Shown: positions 25,847 to 34,321, counted from the first letter of the stretch. The stretch is 61,432 nt of DNA from Paracoccaceae bacterium (GCA_024763335.1 JANTFS010000001.1:1-61432), one strand, 5' to 3'. Numbers and translations are program-made. The notes: generated by a model not told the origin, from the letters alone.

Positions 25847-26209
25847 ATGACCGACTTTCCCGACATCAACGCCGGCCGCGCCGAGAAGATCGTGGGCTTC
25901 ATCGAAATGATCGCCAAGTCCGCGAGGTCGCAGCGCCCGTCCGCTGAGGAAATCACCGAGACCCTGAGCCCCGTGATACAGGCGCTGGACGCCTTCGCCC
26001 GGGAGTTCGGAGCCCCCATGCCCCCGGATGTGCCCGCCAGCGCGCCGGAGCGGCCCGCTCAGGCCCCTTCTCCCGCCGGTGGGCAAACACCCCGGGCATG
26101 GGCGGATGCGGTGCAGATGGCTCGCGAGGCCCCGCTGGGGGCGGCCGCAGCGGCCCTCGGGGTGATCGCCACCCGGCTTGAACAGGAAATCTGGGAGCGA
26201 GAAAACTGA
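25847..26209 (+). CDS. Hypothetical protein
   Basis: AAGGAG RBS. Confidence 0.75.
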   Translation: MTDFPDINAGRAEKIVGFIEMIAKSARSQRPSAEEITETLSPVIQALDAFAREFGAPMPPDVPASAPERPAQAPSPAGGQTPRAWADAVQMAREAPLGAAAAALGVIATRLEQEIWEREN

Positions 26210-26241
26210 GGCTACAGCCCCTTTTGGAACCTTTTTGCAGG

Positions 26242-26268
26242 AAACCGCCCCTTTTTGGGCGGTTTTTT
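26242..26268 (+). terminator. Intrinsic terminator
   Basis: AAACCGCCC-loop-GGGCGGTTTTTT. Confidence 0.75.
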
Positions 26269-26269
26269 G

Positions 26270-26298
26270 TTGACTTTGGTATCGTATCGGGCCATTAT
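26270..26298 (+). promoter_or_regulatory. Early promoter P2
   Basis: TTGACT-N17-CATTAT with a CGTATCGGGC box. Confidence 0.75.
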
Positions 26299-26350
26299 CC
26301 TAGACATGGAAGGCCACAGCGGCCAACCGACACCAGCTACGGAGACCACG

Positions 26351-26893
26351 ATGACCAACCTGACCACCGCCCAAACCGAACTCCTGAACCTCTTCGCCCT
26401 TGAAGACGGCATGGACCCCGCCGAGACCGCCATGGACGCGAACGAAGTCGCCGAGGTGACCGGGAAGTCCAAGGCCGCCGCCCGCAGCGCGCTGAACCGC
26501 CTCGCCAACGCCGGCCACCTCGACAAAGACGAGATCGACGGCGTGACCGTCTACATGGCCATCGAAGAGCAGGTCACTGAGCCCGCCGCGGCCGAGACGG
26601 TTGAAGCGCCCGCCACCATGGGCACCGGCGAAGAGATCGCCCGGGCCGGCAACCTGATCCTCTACCGGGACGGCGATGACTACCACGTCGAGACCAACCG
26701 CCGCACGTGGGGCGCGAGCCTCCTGCGCGCCTACCACGAGCAGGAACTCTGCCACGTGAAAACCGGCGCCGCGCTGCCCTGCACCGACCGGCAGACCCAG
26801 ACCATCAACCTGTGGTTCGACCAATACGCCGCGATCCAGCCCGACCATCTGGACGGCCGCACCGGCTACGCGGTTGAGGACTTCGCCGCCTGA
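26351..26893 (+). CDS. Winged-HTH protein with a C-terminal domain
   Basis: MDANEVAEVTGKSKAAARSALNRLANAGHL; CAGCTACGGAGA leader. Confidence 0.75.
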   Translation: MTNLTTAQTELLNLFALEDGMDPAETAMDANEVAEVTGKSKAAARSALNRLANAGHLDKDEIDGVTVYMAIEEQVTEPAAAETVEAPATMGTGEEIARAGNLILYRDGDDYHVETNRRTWGASLLRAYHEQELCHVKTGAALPCTDRQTQTINLWFDQYAAIQPDHLDGRTGYAVEDFAA

Positions 26894-26901
26894 GACCTTT
26901 A

Positions 26902-26934
26902 GGGGAACTCCCCCTGTGGCGGGGGGAGTTTCCC
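26902..26934 (+). terminator. Strong hairpin, possibly a terminator or processing site
   Basis: GGGGAACTCCCC...GGGGAGTTTCCC. Confidence 0.55.
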
Positions 26935-26972
26935 AATTCCCTTGACAACCCCGACAGCTACCGGAGACCGAC

Positions 26973-27203
26973 ATGGATAGACTACTCAACGTGCAAGGCC
27001 CGCTGGCCGACATCATCTGCGGGAACCCGCTCGACCCGGATGACAACGACATCGTGACCATTCGAGGCCGCGTGGCGGTCGGTGAGCGGGTGCCCAACGG
27101 CTTCCGGGTTCTGACCGGCAACATGCACGAAAGTCTGGTGGTCGGAACCTTCTACCGCTTCGAGATCGACGAGATGGTCGATGGAAATGAGCTGCGTCAG
27201 TGA
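26973..27203 (+). CDS. Hypothetical protein
   Basis: CAGCTACCGGAGA leader. Confidence 0.7.
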   Translation: MDRLLNVQGPLADIICGNPLDPDDNDIVTIRGRVAVGERVPNGFRVLTGNMHESLVVGTFYRFEIDEMVDGNELRQ

Positions 27204-27232
27204 CGAAGTAGCCCGATACGGTACGTTTTCTC

Positions 27233-27261
27233 TTGCGAGTGGTGCCGTATCGGGCTAAACT
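27233..27261 (+). promoter_or_regulatory. Early promoter P3
   Basis: TTGCGA-N17-TAAACT with CGTATCGGGC; inverted copy of the box at 27211-27220. Confidence 0.7.
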
Positions 27262-27306
27262 ATCATGCAAGGGGCGTTGCCCCAGACCCCAGCTACGGAG
27301 ACAGAG

Positions 27307-27741
27307 ATGTACCTGAACGTTTACAAAGTCCACCTGAGCGAAGAGCGCTACCGCGAGGTCAACGCGGTTGGATGGGGGGGGGTCGACTGGGCCACCGAGT
27401 ACCTTGGTGAGCCGATGACCAAGATGCCGCAGGCCCGGCTTGAAGCCTCGATCCTGCGCCGCGCCGAGAAGGACTTCTACCGGCACGCCATGATCGTCGA
27501 GGCGACCGACCTTGAAGACGTGTTCCGCTACGACAACACCGGCAACCCGGATGGCGTGACCGTCCTCTGGCACCCCCACGGCTACCGCTCGATGAGCGTG
27601 GGCGAGGTGGTGATCGACAGCATGAACCGGGGCTGGCTCTGCGTGGACGTTGGCTTCGTGCCCCTGAGCGATGAGACGGTCTTCACCTTCCAGACGATGG
27701 TGGCGACCCGGATGCTCATGGGCGACAAGGCGGCCGTGTGA
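27307..27741 (+). CDS. YodL-like domain protein
   Basis: LEDVF..N...YRSMSVGEVV....W.C..VGF. Confidence 0.7.
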   Translation: MYLNVYKVHLSEERYREVNAVGWGGVDWATEYLGEPMTKMPQARLEASILRRAEKDFYRHAMIVEATDLEDVFRYDNTGNPDGVTVLWHPHGYRSMSVGEVVIDSMNRGWLCVDVGFVPLSDETVFTFQTMVATRMLMGDKAAV

Positions 27742-27819
27742 TCGCCCCGGTCAGGGGCCTCGGCTGAGGCCCCCCTCCCGGGCGATGACCCGACAACCCC
27801 AGACTGGAAAGGACCAGCT

Positions 27820-28218
27820 ATGACCGGCAAGATCGGAAAACCCCATGAGCCCGCGGAACAGGGCGTCTTCGACCACATCGAGGATGACCACTTCCAAGCC
27901 GAGCGCGAGCGCCGCGAGAGCGCGCGCAACGAGCGCTTCATCGCGCTTCTCGATGAGCACCTGGTCAATGAGGTGCAGACCTCGGATGACATCCGGGCGC
28001 TGTTCGCCTCGATCTTCTACGCCTTCGACCTGCCTTCGTGGGTCATGATGGGCAACGCCATCATGGGCATGAACGACGCCCAGTCGTGGCGCAAGGAAGC
28101 CCAGAAGGGCAGCACCCTCGAGACGATCGCCAAGATGATGGGCTTCGAGGTCGAAACCGTCGATGACGACGAAGATGAGCCGGCGGCCGAAGGCACCGAA
28201 ACCGAGGCCGACGTCTGA
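27820..28218 (+). CDS. Hypothetical protein, paralog of 29517-29819
   Basis: AAGGA RBS; DHF.AE..RRE..RN motif. Confidence 0.75.
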   Translation: MTGKIGKPHEPAEQGVFDHIEDDHFQAERERRESARNERFIALLDEHLVNEVQTSDDIRALFASIFYAFDLPSWVMMGNAIMGMNDAQSWRKEAQKGSTLETIAKMMGFEVETVDDDEDEPAAEGTETEADV

Positions 28219-28278
28219 CCCAACCCGGGCGCTCGCCATGAGGGCGGGCGTCCACCCAACCCCTGAGAGGAACCAGCT

Positions 28279-29382
28279 ATGAACATGATCTTCACCGCAT
28301 CCCAACAGTGGTCGAGCCGACCCTCGGATGAGCGCTTCATCTCGCTCACCGAGCTGCAGGCCCACACCCACCGGCAGCGCGATCGCTCGACTGCGGACGT
28401 GCTGTCGTCCCGGCGCATCCGGGCCGAAGCCGTGGGTCCGAAGGATGACCCGCGCCTGCAGATCGAGACCGAGAACGGCATCGTCGAGCCGACGCACTGG
28501 TCCTTTGGCCAGCTCTCCCAGCTCGCCAAGGCACCCGCCGGTTACCTGCGGACGCTGCACCCCGCTCTGACCGCGGACCTCATCAACTACGGGCTCCGCT
28601 TCCACCGCGACCCCGAGAACGTGGGCTGGCTGTCGATGGATGAACCGGACGGGCCGGACGCGCTCCGCGCCGCCACCGGGCCGAACTACGGCCGCATCTG
28701 GAACAGCGACATCATTGACAACCTCGTCAACCGCTTCGGCGATGGGATCAGCGGGGACTTCCGGGTGCCGGGCGAGTTCGGCGAGGCCGTCTCGGTCAAC
28801 CGCTCGAACACCACGATCTACGGCTCCGACCGCGACATCTTCGTGTTCCTCGCGGATGAGCAGAACCGGGTGGAGATGCCCAACCGGCGCGGCGGGCAAC
28901 CGGGCTCCCTCGCCCGGGGCTTCTTCGTCTGGAACAGCGAGGTCGGAAGCCAGAGCATCGGTGCGGCGTTCTTCCTCTTTGACTACGTGTGCGCCAACCG
29001 GATCGTCTGGGGGGCCGAGAACTTCACCGAGATGCGCCTCCGGCACACGAAGACCGCGCCGGATCGCTGGCTCGAAGAGATCACCCCGGTGCTCAACGAG
29101 TACGTCCACGCCAGCGCCGAGCCCATCGAAGCCCAGATCAAGGCAGCACAGGCGAAGAAGGTCGAGGATGACATGGACGATTTCCTCAAGAACCGGGGCT
29201 TCGGCCGCGGCGAGGTCGCCAGCATCGTGAGCGCCCACGAGCGCGAGGAACAGCGCCCCATGGAGACCATCTGGGACGCCGTGACCGGGGCGACCGCCTA
29301 CGCGAAGACCATCGAGCATCAGGACGCGCGCGTGGACGTGGAGCGCCGCGCGGGCAAGCTGCTCGATCTGGTCGATGCCTGA
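28279..29382 (+). CDS. DUF932-family protein
   Basis: QWSSRPSDERF, PTHWSFGQL, RAATGPNYGRIW, NSEVG, CANRIVWG. Confidence 0.85.
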   Translation: MNMIFTASQQWSSRPSDERFISLTELQAHTHRQRDRSTADVLSSRRIRAEAVGPKDDPRLQIETENGIVEPTHWSFGQLSQLAKAPAGYLRTLHPALTADLINYGLRFHRDPENVGWLSMDEPDGPDALRAATGPNYGRIWNSDIIDNLVNRFGDGISGDFRVPGEFGEAVSVNRSNTTIYGSDRDIFVFLADEQNRVEMPNRRGGQPGSLARGFFVWNSEVGSQSIGAAFFLFDYVCANRIVWGAENFTEMRLRHTKTAPDRWLEEITPVLNEYVHASAEPIEAQIKAAQAKKVEDDMDDFLKNRGFGRGEVASIVSAHEREEQRPMETIWDAVTGATAYAKTIEHQDARVDVERRAGKLLDLVDA

Positions 29383-29483
29383 CGAGATGGGGTGACCCGG
29401 GCAGCTCCGGGCTGATCTGGCGAGTGCAAGTCCCGCCTCACCCCGCTCGCCCCGTGGCCTATCCTCCTCCCGGGCCGCGGGGC
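29383..29483 (+). ncRNA. Structured RNA: tRNA-like three-way junction plus a CCUCCUCCC-loop hairpin
   Basis: GGGGTGA/TCACCCC stem; T-arm-like GGCGAG-TGCAAGT-CCCGCC; hairpin 29449-29483 with loop TATCCTCCTCCCG. Confidence 0.55.
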
Positions 29484-29516
29484 GGGCACCTGAAACCCCG
29501 CACCATGGAGACCACC

Positions 29517-29819
29517 ATGACCACTCACCCTGAAATCTCGGAAGACCACTTCCGGGCCGAAGCGCAGCGTCGGGAGAATGACCGGAACCTGCACTGGCGA
29601 ACCAAGATCGACGAAGCCCTCGCCGGGGCCAACATCTACCCGGCCGATCTGCGCTCGATCTACGCCGCGATCTTCTACCGGATCGGGACGAGCACCGAGC
29701 AGCACCTCACCGCCTTCTGGGGCGGCAAGGCCGACGCTGACATGTGGCGCGGCAACGAGGCCAGCGAGCAGATCGCCGGCATCGTCGAGGCGCTGCAGCA
29801 CCGGGGGCCGAAGCAATGA
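29517..29819 (+). CDS. Hypothetical protein, paralog of 27820-28218
   Basis: GGAG RBS; shared motifs. Confidence 0.75.
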   Translation: MTTHPEISEDHFRAEAQRRENDRNLHWRTKIDEALAGANIYPADLRSIYAAIFYRIGTSTEQHLTAFWGGKADADMWRGNEASEQIAGIVEALQHRGPKQ

Positions 29820-29983
29820 CCCAGGACCCCACCCGCTACGAGCACAAGACGACGATCAGCGACCGCCTGCCTAATGCCGAACAACTCGACAAGCTGTCCG
29901 AAGAAGGCTGGGAGCTGATCCAGATCATCGCGACCGCACTGGGCACGGTGCTCTACCTCCGCCGCCTGAAACCCTTGAACTAG
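29816..29983 (+). CDS. DUF4177-like small protein
   Basis: YEHK...L..L.EEGWELIQI......LYLRR. Confidence 0.7.
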   Translation: MTQDPTRYEHKTTISDRLPNAEQLDKLSEEGWELIQIIATALGTVLYLRRLKPLN

Positions 29984-29992
29984 GAGACCATC

Positions 29993-30184
29993 ATGAACGA
30001 CGCACCGAAACACCCCGGGCACCGCGGCCCCCTGCCGATACCGCCCTTCATCTTCGCCGCCGGCTTCACGGTAGGAATTCTCATGGGGATCGCGCTGGTG
30101 ATCTCGATCACCAAGGCGCAATCCATGGCCGGGACCATCACCCCGTCCTGTGCGCCCCTCTTCTCGAAAGGACTGGACCAATGA
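29993..30184 (+). CDS. Small membrane protein
   Basis: AGGAG RBS; one TM segment. Confidence 0.65.
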   Translation: MNDAPKHPGHRGPLPIPPFIFAAGFTVGILMGIALVISITKAQSMAGTITPSCAPLFSKGLDQ

Positions 30185-30498
30185 CCCTGCACCTCGCCGA
30201 AGCCGCGACCATGAGCGCCGACGAGTTCACCGATGCCCGAAAGCGGCTGCACCTGACCCAAGCCCAGATGGGCGATGTGATCGGGGTGAGCGTGACCCAG
30301 ATCAAGCGCTTTGAGGCGGCCGAGGCCACCATCCCCCAGCGCTCCGCCGACGTGGTTCGCTTCCTCGCGGATGGCCGGTGGCCCGATGCGTGGCCCGAGG
30401 CGTCGAAGCCGGCCGTGGACGCGCTCACCGATGAAGCACTCGAGCGCGCCATCGGCGACATGCTCATGCGGATCGGTAAGTCGATGGTGGATGGGTAG
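30181..30498 (+). CDS. XRE/Cro-type HTH protein
   Basis: ARKRLHLTQAQMGDVIGVSVTQIKRFE. Confidence 0.85.
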   Translation: MTLHLAEAATMSADEFTDARKRLHLTQAQMGDVIGVSVTQIKRFEAAEATIPQRSADVVRFLADGRWPDAWPEASKPAVDALTDEALERAIGDMLMRIGKSMVDG

Positions 30499-30846
30499 AT
30501 GCAACTGCCCTTCATCACCGCCATGGCTCACAAGGTCATCGGACACCGGCCGGCACCCTTCAACTGGACCAACATCAACGCTGAGGTTGACAGCCGAAGC
30601 CGGCCGCCGCACGTGCTCTACCGCTCATGGGCCGAGGTGTTCTTCGAGCAGGAGCTTGAACCCGGTCAGCCGGTCGAGCGCGTGGAGCGCGCGGCTGTCC
30701 AGATGATGGCCCGGCACGTCTACGGCCCGGTCGAGGATGAGCTGCGTCGGGTTCTCGAAGACATGTGGAAGGCCGGGATGCACGGCACTGCAGCGGAGAA
30801 GCGGATCAGCGAGATGATCCCGGTTCTCCGGGGCCAGAACCCCTGA
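30499..30846 (+). CDS. Hypothetical protein
   Basis: Abuts the upstream stop. Confidence 0.65.
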   Translation: MQLPFITAMAHKVIGHRPAPFNWTNINAEVDSRSRPPHVLYRSWAEVFFEQELEPGQPVERVERAAVQMMARHVYGPVEDELRRVLEDMWKAGMHGTAAEKRISEMIPVLRGQNP

Positions 30847-30901
30847 AAAGCGAAGCCCCCCCGGGAGAGAGGCCGGACAGGGCCTGTTACCGGAGGGGCT
30901 T
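30846..30901 (-). terminator. Long hairpin followed by CGCTTTT on the minus strand
   Basis: AAGCCCC-CCGG...CCGG-GGGGCTT. Confidence 0.45.
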
Positions 30902-30929
30902 GCAACCCTACGCCGCGCGGCGCTATGGT
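30900..30929 (+). promoter_or_regulatory. Promoter of the replication operon
   Basis: CTTGCAA...GCTATGGT, alphaproteobacterial sigma70-like. Confidence 0.55.
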
Positions 30930-31006
30930 TAGGCCCAGCTACGAAGCCTTATGAGGGTGATATACACCCCAGCCGCAGCACTGACAAGAGAGGAAACGGA
31001 CAGTCC

Positions 31007-31069
31007 ATGCACACTTTTACCAACATCTTGAGCCCGCGCTCTGAGCGGGTACTGTATCTCGAGGTTTGA
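31007..31069 (+). CDS. Possible 20-aa leader peptide MHTFTNILSPRSERVLYLEV
   Basis: Stop lies 2 nt before the rep ATG and covers its GAGG RBS. Confidence 0.35.
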   Translation: MHTFTNILSPRSERVLYLEV

Positions 31070-31071
31070 CC

Positions 31072-31905
31072 ATGAGCGGATTTGTCAAAGCGCAACGAGA
31101 CCGCTTCGCCCACCCGCTCTTCACCAACGAGAAATTCTGCCGAGGCTATGCTTGGGACTGGATCGTCGCCGAGGCGGCCTACACCGAGCGCAAGGTGGAT
31201 GTCTCCGGCAAGATCATCACCCTGCAACGCGGACAGCTTGCTCACTCGATCCGCTTCATAGCTAAGGCGTGGGGGTGGGATAAGGCCGCGGTGAGCCGTT
31301 TTATCACCCGTCTGAAAACCGAGACAATGATCGAGACGGCAACCGAGACAGGGGTCACGATCATAACTGTCTGCAATTACAACAAATATCAGGACAGAGC
31401 TTCGGCACCCGAGACAGCTACCGAGACGGCACCCGAGACGGGAGCGAGACAGCATCGAGACAGACTAAAAGAAGGGGAAGAAGGGAAGAAGGTAGGGGGT
31501 AAACCCCCTACAACCCCCGTACCGCGCGAGCGCCCGCATCAGGGCGCGTTGCCGTTGGTCATCGAGGGTGGGGGCGGCAAGCCGGTTGATCCTGTGGTCG
31601 CTGCGCTCACCACCGTCGCCAGCTTCGATGCAGCGAAGAGCTTCATCGCCTTCCGCAAGGGCATCAAGAAACCCCTCACCGAGACCGGGGCCAAACGCCT
31701 CGCATCGAACCTTCGCCAGATCGTTGAACGCGGCGGCGATGCGGATGATGCCCTCGGGCTGGCCGAAGAGCGCGGCTGGCAGGGCATGAAGCCCGATTGG
31801 TACTTCCGGGAAAACCCCGCGGCACCCGGCTTGCCGGATGAGCGCGAGGCACGGATCATGGCAGCAGGAGCGGCGGATTTCCTGACCAGCATGGGGGTTC
31901 GCTGA
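31072..31905 (+). CDS. Phage replication initiator (O/DnaD-like)
   Basis: LQRGQLAHSIRFIAKAWGW...V.RF...L, TIITVCNYNKYQ; RK..KKPLT; upstream of dnaB. Confidence 0.88.
   Translation: MSGFVKAQRDRFAHPLFTNEKFCRGYAWDWIVAEAAYTERKVDVSGKIITLQRGQLAHSIRFIAKAWGWDKAAVSRFITRLKTETMIETATETGVTIITVCNYNKYQDRASAPETATETAPETGARQHRDRLKEGEEGKKVGGKPPTTPVPRERPHQGALPLVIEGGGGKPVDPVVAALTTVASFDAAKSFIAFRKGIKKPLTETGAKRLASNLRQIVERGGDADDALGLAEERGWQGMKPDWYFRENPAAPGLPDEREARIMAAGAADFLTSMGVR
31320..31462 (+). repeat. Iteron array (8x CGAGAC[AG]), probable replication origin
   Basis: Copies at 31320, 31332, 31344, 31410, 31422, 31434, 31445 and 31456. Confidence 0.7.
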
Positions 31906-32264
31906 TGGCCAACCTCCCCATGAAGCCCCCGCCGGGGGTTCCCGCCCGATTTGCGGACCTGTCCAGCCGTGAGGCGAAACAGCGCACCATGGAGCTGACC
32001 CGGGTGATCCGGGCGATCCTCAAGCGGTTCTGGCGCGACAGCAACGAGACCGACTTCGAACAGTCCTTTGAGGTTTCTACGTGGCTCAAGGTACTGCAGA
32101 GCTGCACCGAGGAAGAGGTCAAGTGGGCGTGGGTCGATTACCAGACGAAGGGTCCGCGGTCGCAGGCCGGCGCGCTCTACCGCCCCGACCCCGGGGCCAT
32201 CAAGAAGCTCGTGATCCAGAGACGGGGGCGAGACCGTGAGCAGAGGGAAGGGGGTGCGCAATGA
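31905..32264 (+). CDS. Putative helicase loader/replisome accessory protein
   Basis: Between initiator and DnaB; W.KVL...T.EEV..A..DY...P.PG.I pattern. Confidence 0.55.
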   Translation: MANLPMKPPPGVPARFADLSSREAKQRTMELTRVIRAILKRFWRDSNETDFEQSFEVSTWLKVLQSCTEEEVKWAWVDYQTKGPRSQAGALYRPDPGAIKKLVIQRRGRDREQREGGAQ

Positions 32265-33664
32265 TCCTCGACCAAGAAGGGCACCCCCTACCGCCTCCGC
32301 ACAACATCGAGCTTGAGCAGGGCTTCATCGGATCGGTGCTGGTCTCGGACCTTGATGGCGATGGCTCCCAGCTCGTGGCAGAGACCGCCGGGCTGGTAAA
32401 GCCAGAACACTTCTGGGAGCCGACCCACGGCCGCATCTGGGAGGCCGTTCTCAAGCGGTTCACCGACGAGAAGCAGATCAGCCCGGTGACCATCAAGAGC
32501 GACATGCTCACCGATCCTGGCCTCATGGACCTTGGGTACGGATACCTCGCCAGCATGGCCGGGGTGAGCATGGGTTTCTCCACGGCGAAAGCCTACGCCG
32601 AAGAAATCGTGGAGCTGCACCGCCGCCGGACGATCATCGAGGTCGCCGACAAGGCCGCGGACCTCGCGATGACCGGAAGCGCAGATGACGCGGTGACCAC
32701 CCTCGACAATGCGCTGGTTGATCTGCCGATGGGTGAGGGGCGTGAGCGCTCGGTTTCGATCCTGAACTCGGTCACCAACGTGATCTCCAACGTGTTCGTT
32801 GAAGAGCGGGTGCTCGGCTTGTCAACGAGCATCGAGGATCTGGACGACCGGCTCGGCGGCCTGTTCGCAGGCTACACGATCCTTGCCGGCCGCCCCTCGA
32901 TGGGCAAGACCGCGCTGGCCCTCGCTATGGGGCAGAAGGCGGCGCAACGCGGTGCCAAGGTGGCAATCTGGTCGTTGGAGATGACGGCCGAAGAGCTGAC
33001 CGAGCGGATGATCTCGGCCGACTGCGGGGTGCCGTACTCAGACATCCGGCGCGGCAAATTCGACCGCGAGGTGGAAGGCCCCAAGATCGTGGACGCGGCG
33101 CAGACGCTCGGACACCAGCCGATCCGGGTCATCCCCGAGCACGTGCTGACGCTGGAAGAGGGGTACGCCTCGATCAAGGATGCGACCAAGTGGCTCGGCG
33201 GGCTCGATCTGGTGATCGTTGATTTCCTGCAGCTCATCGAGGCCCCGGGCCGCAGTCCGACCGAGCGCGTCGGCAACGCCAGCCTCGGGCTCAAGCGGAT
33301 GGGCAAGAAGCTAGGGGTGCCCATGCTCACCCTGTCGCAGCTCAGCCGCGCGGTGGAGAGCCGCGAGGATAAGCGACCCCAGCTCTCCGATCTGCGCGAC
33401 AGCGGGTCCATCGAGCAGGACGCGGACACGGTGCTCTTCACCTACCGCCCGGAATACTACCTTGAGCGGGAGAAGCCGGACGGCAACGATCTGGACGCGA
33501 TGGCCGACTGGACCGCCGATCTGCAGAAGTGGAAGAACCGGATGCAGGTCATCACCGCGAAGCAGCGCATGGGCGAGATCGGGACCGACGTGATCGGATG
33601 CAACATGGGGACCAATACCTTCTGGTCCCTCCGGCCGGAGCCCGAAGATGAACTCGCCTTTTGA
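32261..33664 (+). CDS. dnaB: Replicative helicase DnaB
   Basis: PPHNIELEQ, AGRPSMGKT, SLEM, VDFLQL, LSQLSR, PQLSDLRDSGSIEQDAD. Confidence 0.97.
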   Translation: MILDQEGHPLPPPHNIELEQGFIGSVLVSDLDGDGSQLVAETAGLVKPEHFWEPTHGRIWEAVLKRFTDEKQISPVTIKSDMLTDPGLMDLGYGYLASMAGVSMGFSTAKAYAEEIVELHRRRTIIEVADKAADLAMTGSADDAVTTLDNALVDLPMGEGRERSVSILNSVTNVISNVFVEERVLGLSTSIEDLDDRLGGLFAGYTILAGRPSMGKTALALAMGQKAAQRGAKVAIWSLEMTAEELTERMISADCGVPYSDIRRGKFDREVEGPKIVDAAQTLGHQPIRVIPEHVLTLEEGYASIKDATKWLGGLDLVIVDFLQLIEAPGRSPTERVGNASLGLKRMGKKLGVPMLTLSQLSRAVESREDKRPQLSDLRDSGSIEQDADTVLFTYRPEYYLEREKPDGNDLDAMADWTADLQKWKNRMQVITAKQRMGEIGTDVIGCNMGTNTFWSLRPEPEDELAF

Positions 33665-33700
33665 ACCGGGCACCCCCGCCCCCACCAGAGAGGACCGCTG

Positions 33701-33892
33701 ATGAACGAGAGACTGCGCGAAATCTACGAGACGATCATGTGCCCGGATGAGCTTGAGGGCCTGATCCAAGGGGTGACCGGCTTCTACGGGAACCCGAAGG
33801 CCACGTGGATCACGGACGGCGAAGTGGCCAACCTCAAGATCATGCTGACGAAGTGGCGGCAGAGCCGCAACAAACCGGAGCTTCCCCGATGA
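33701..33892 (+). CDS. Hypothetical protein
   Basis: GAGG RBS. Confidence 0.65.
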   Translation: MNERLREIYETIMCPDELEGLIQGVTGFYGNPKATWITDGEVANLKIMLTKWRQSRNKPELPR

Positions 33893-34149
33893 CCGACGAC
33901 CGCCAAGAAATCCTCGACACGATGCCCCTTGATCGAACCTACCGACAGATGACCATCCCCGAGCTGCAGTACGAGATGGAGATGTGGCAGGAGGTCGCCG
34001 ACGAGCCGAAGGGGCCGGGCGGCGCTTCGAACGGCGCGCGCTTGGAGGCGATCCGGCAGATGCATCTCGCGGAGGCGTGGGTCAAGCGCAAGAAGAACGC
34101 CGCGAAGGGCCGCGTCCCGCGCCCCAGCGCCCCGGAGACGGGCAACTAG
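33889..34149 (+). CDS. Hypothetical protein
   Basis: GGAG RBS; ATGA coupling. Confidence 0.65.
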   Translation: MTDDRQEILDTMPLDRTYRQMTIPELQYEMEMWQEVADEPKGPGGASNGARLEAIRQMHLAEAWVKRKKNAAKGRVPRPSAPETGN

Positions 34150-34250
34150 GCCCTTCCGGGGGTGCCAGTACCCGGACACCCCCTAACGGCGCTCTCCGGG
34201 CAATTCTCGCGCCCCTTGCGCCGAAGCCCGAGGTGAGGCATGGTGCCGGC

Positions 34251-34321
34251 ACGGGAAACCCCTGTTGGAAATCTGCTCGATAGACTGGGGCGGCACCTCG
34301 ACCAAGGTGCCGCCCCTTTTT
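34251..34321 (+). ncRNA. Candidate ~70-nt sRNA
   Basis: TTGCGC-N17-CATGGT at 34216-34244, then a terminator with no contained ORF. Confidence 0.45.
34287..34321 (+). terminator. Intrinsic terminator
   Basis: 12-bp stem GGGGCGGCACCT/AGGTGCCGCCCC plus T5. Confidence 0.85.

Noticed and set aside
29383-29449. Canonical tRNA gene
   Set aside because: Only two internal arms, about 56 nt, no GTTC and no CCA; kept as tRNA-like only
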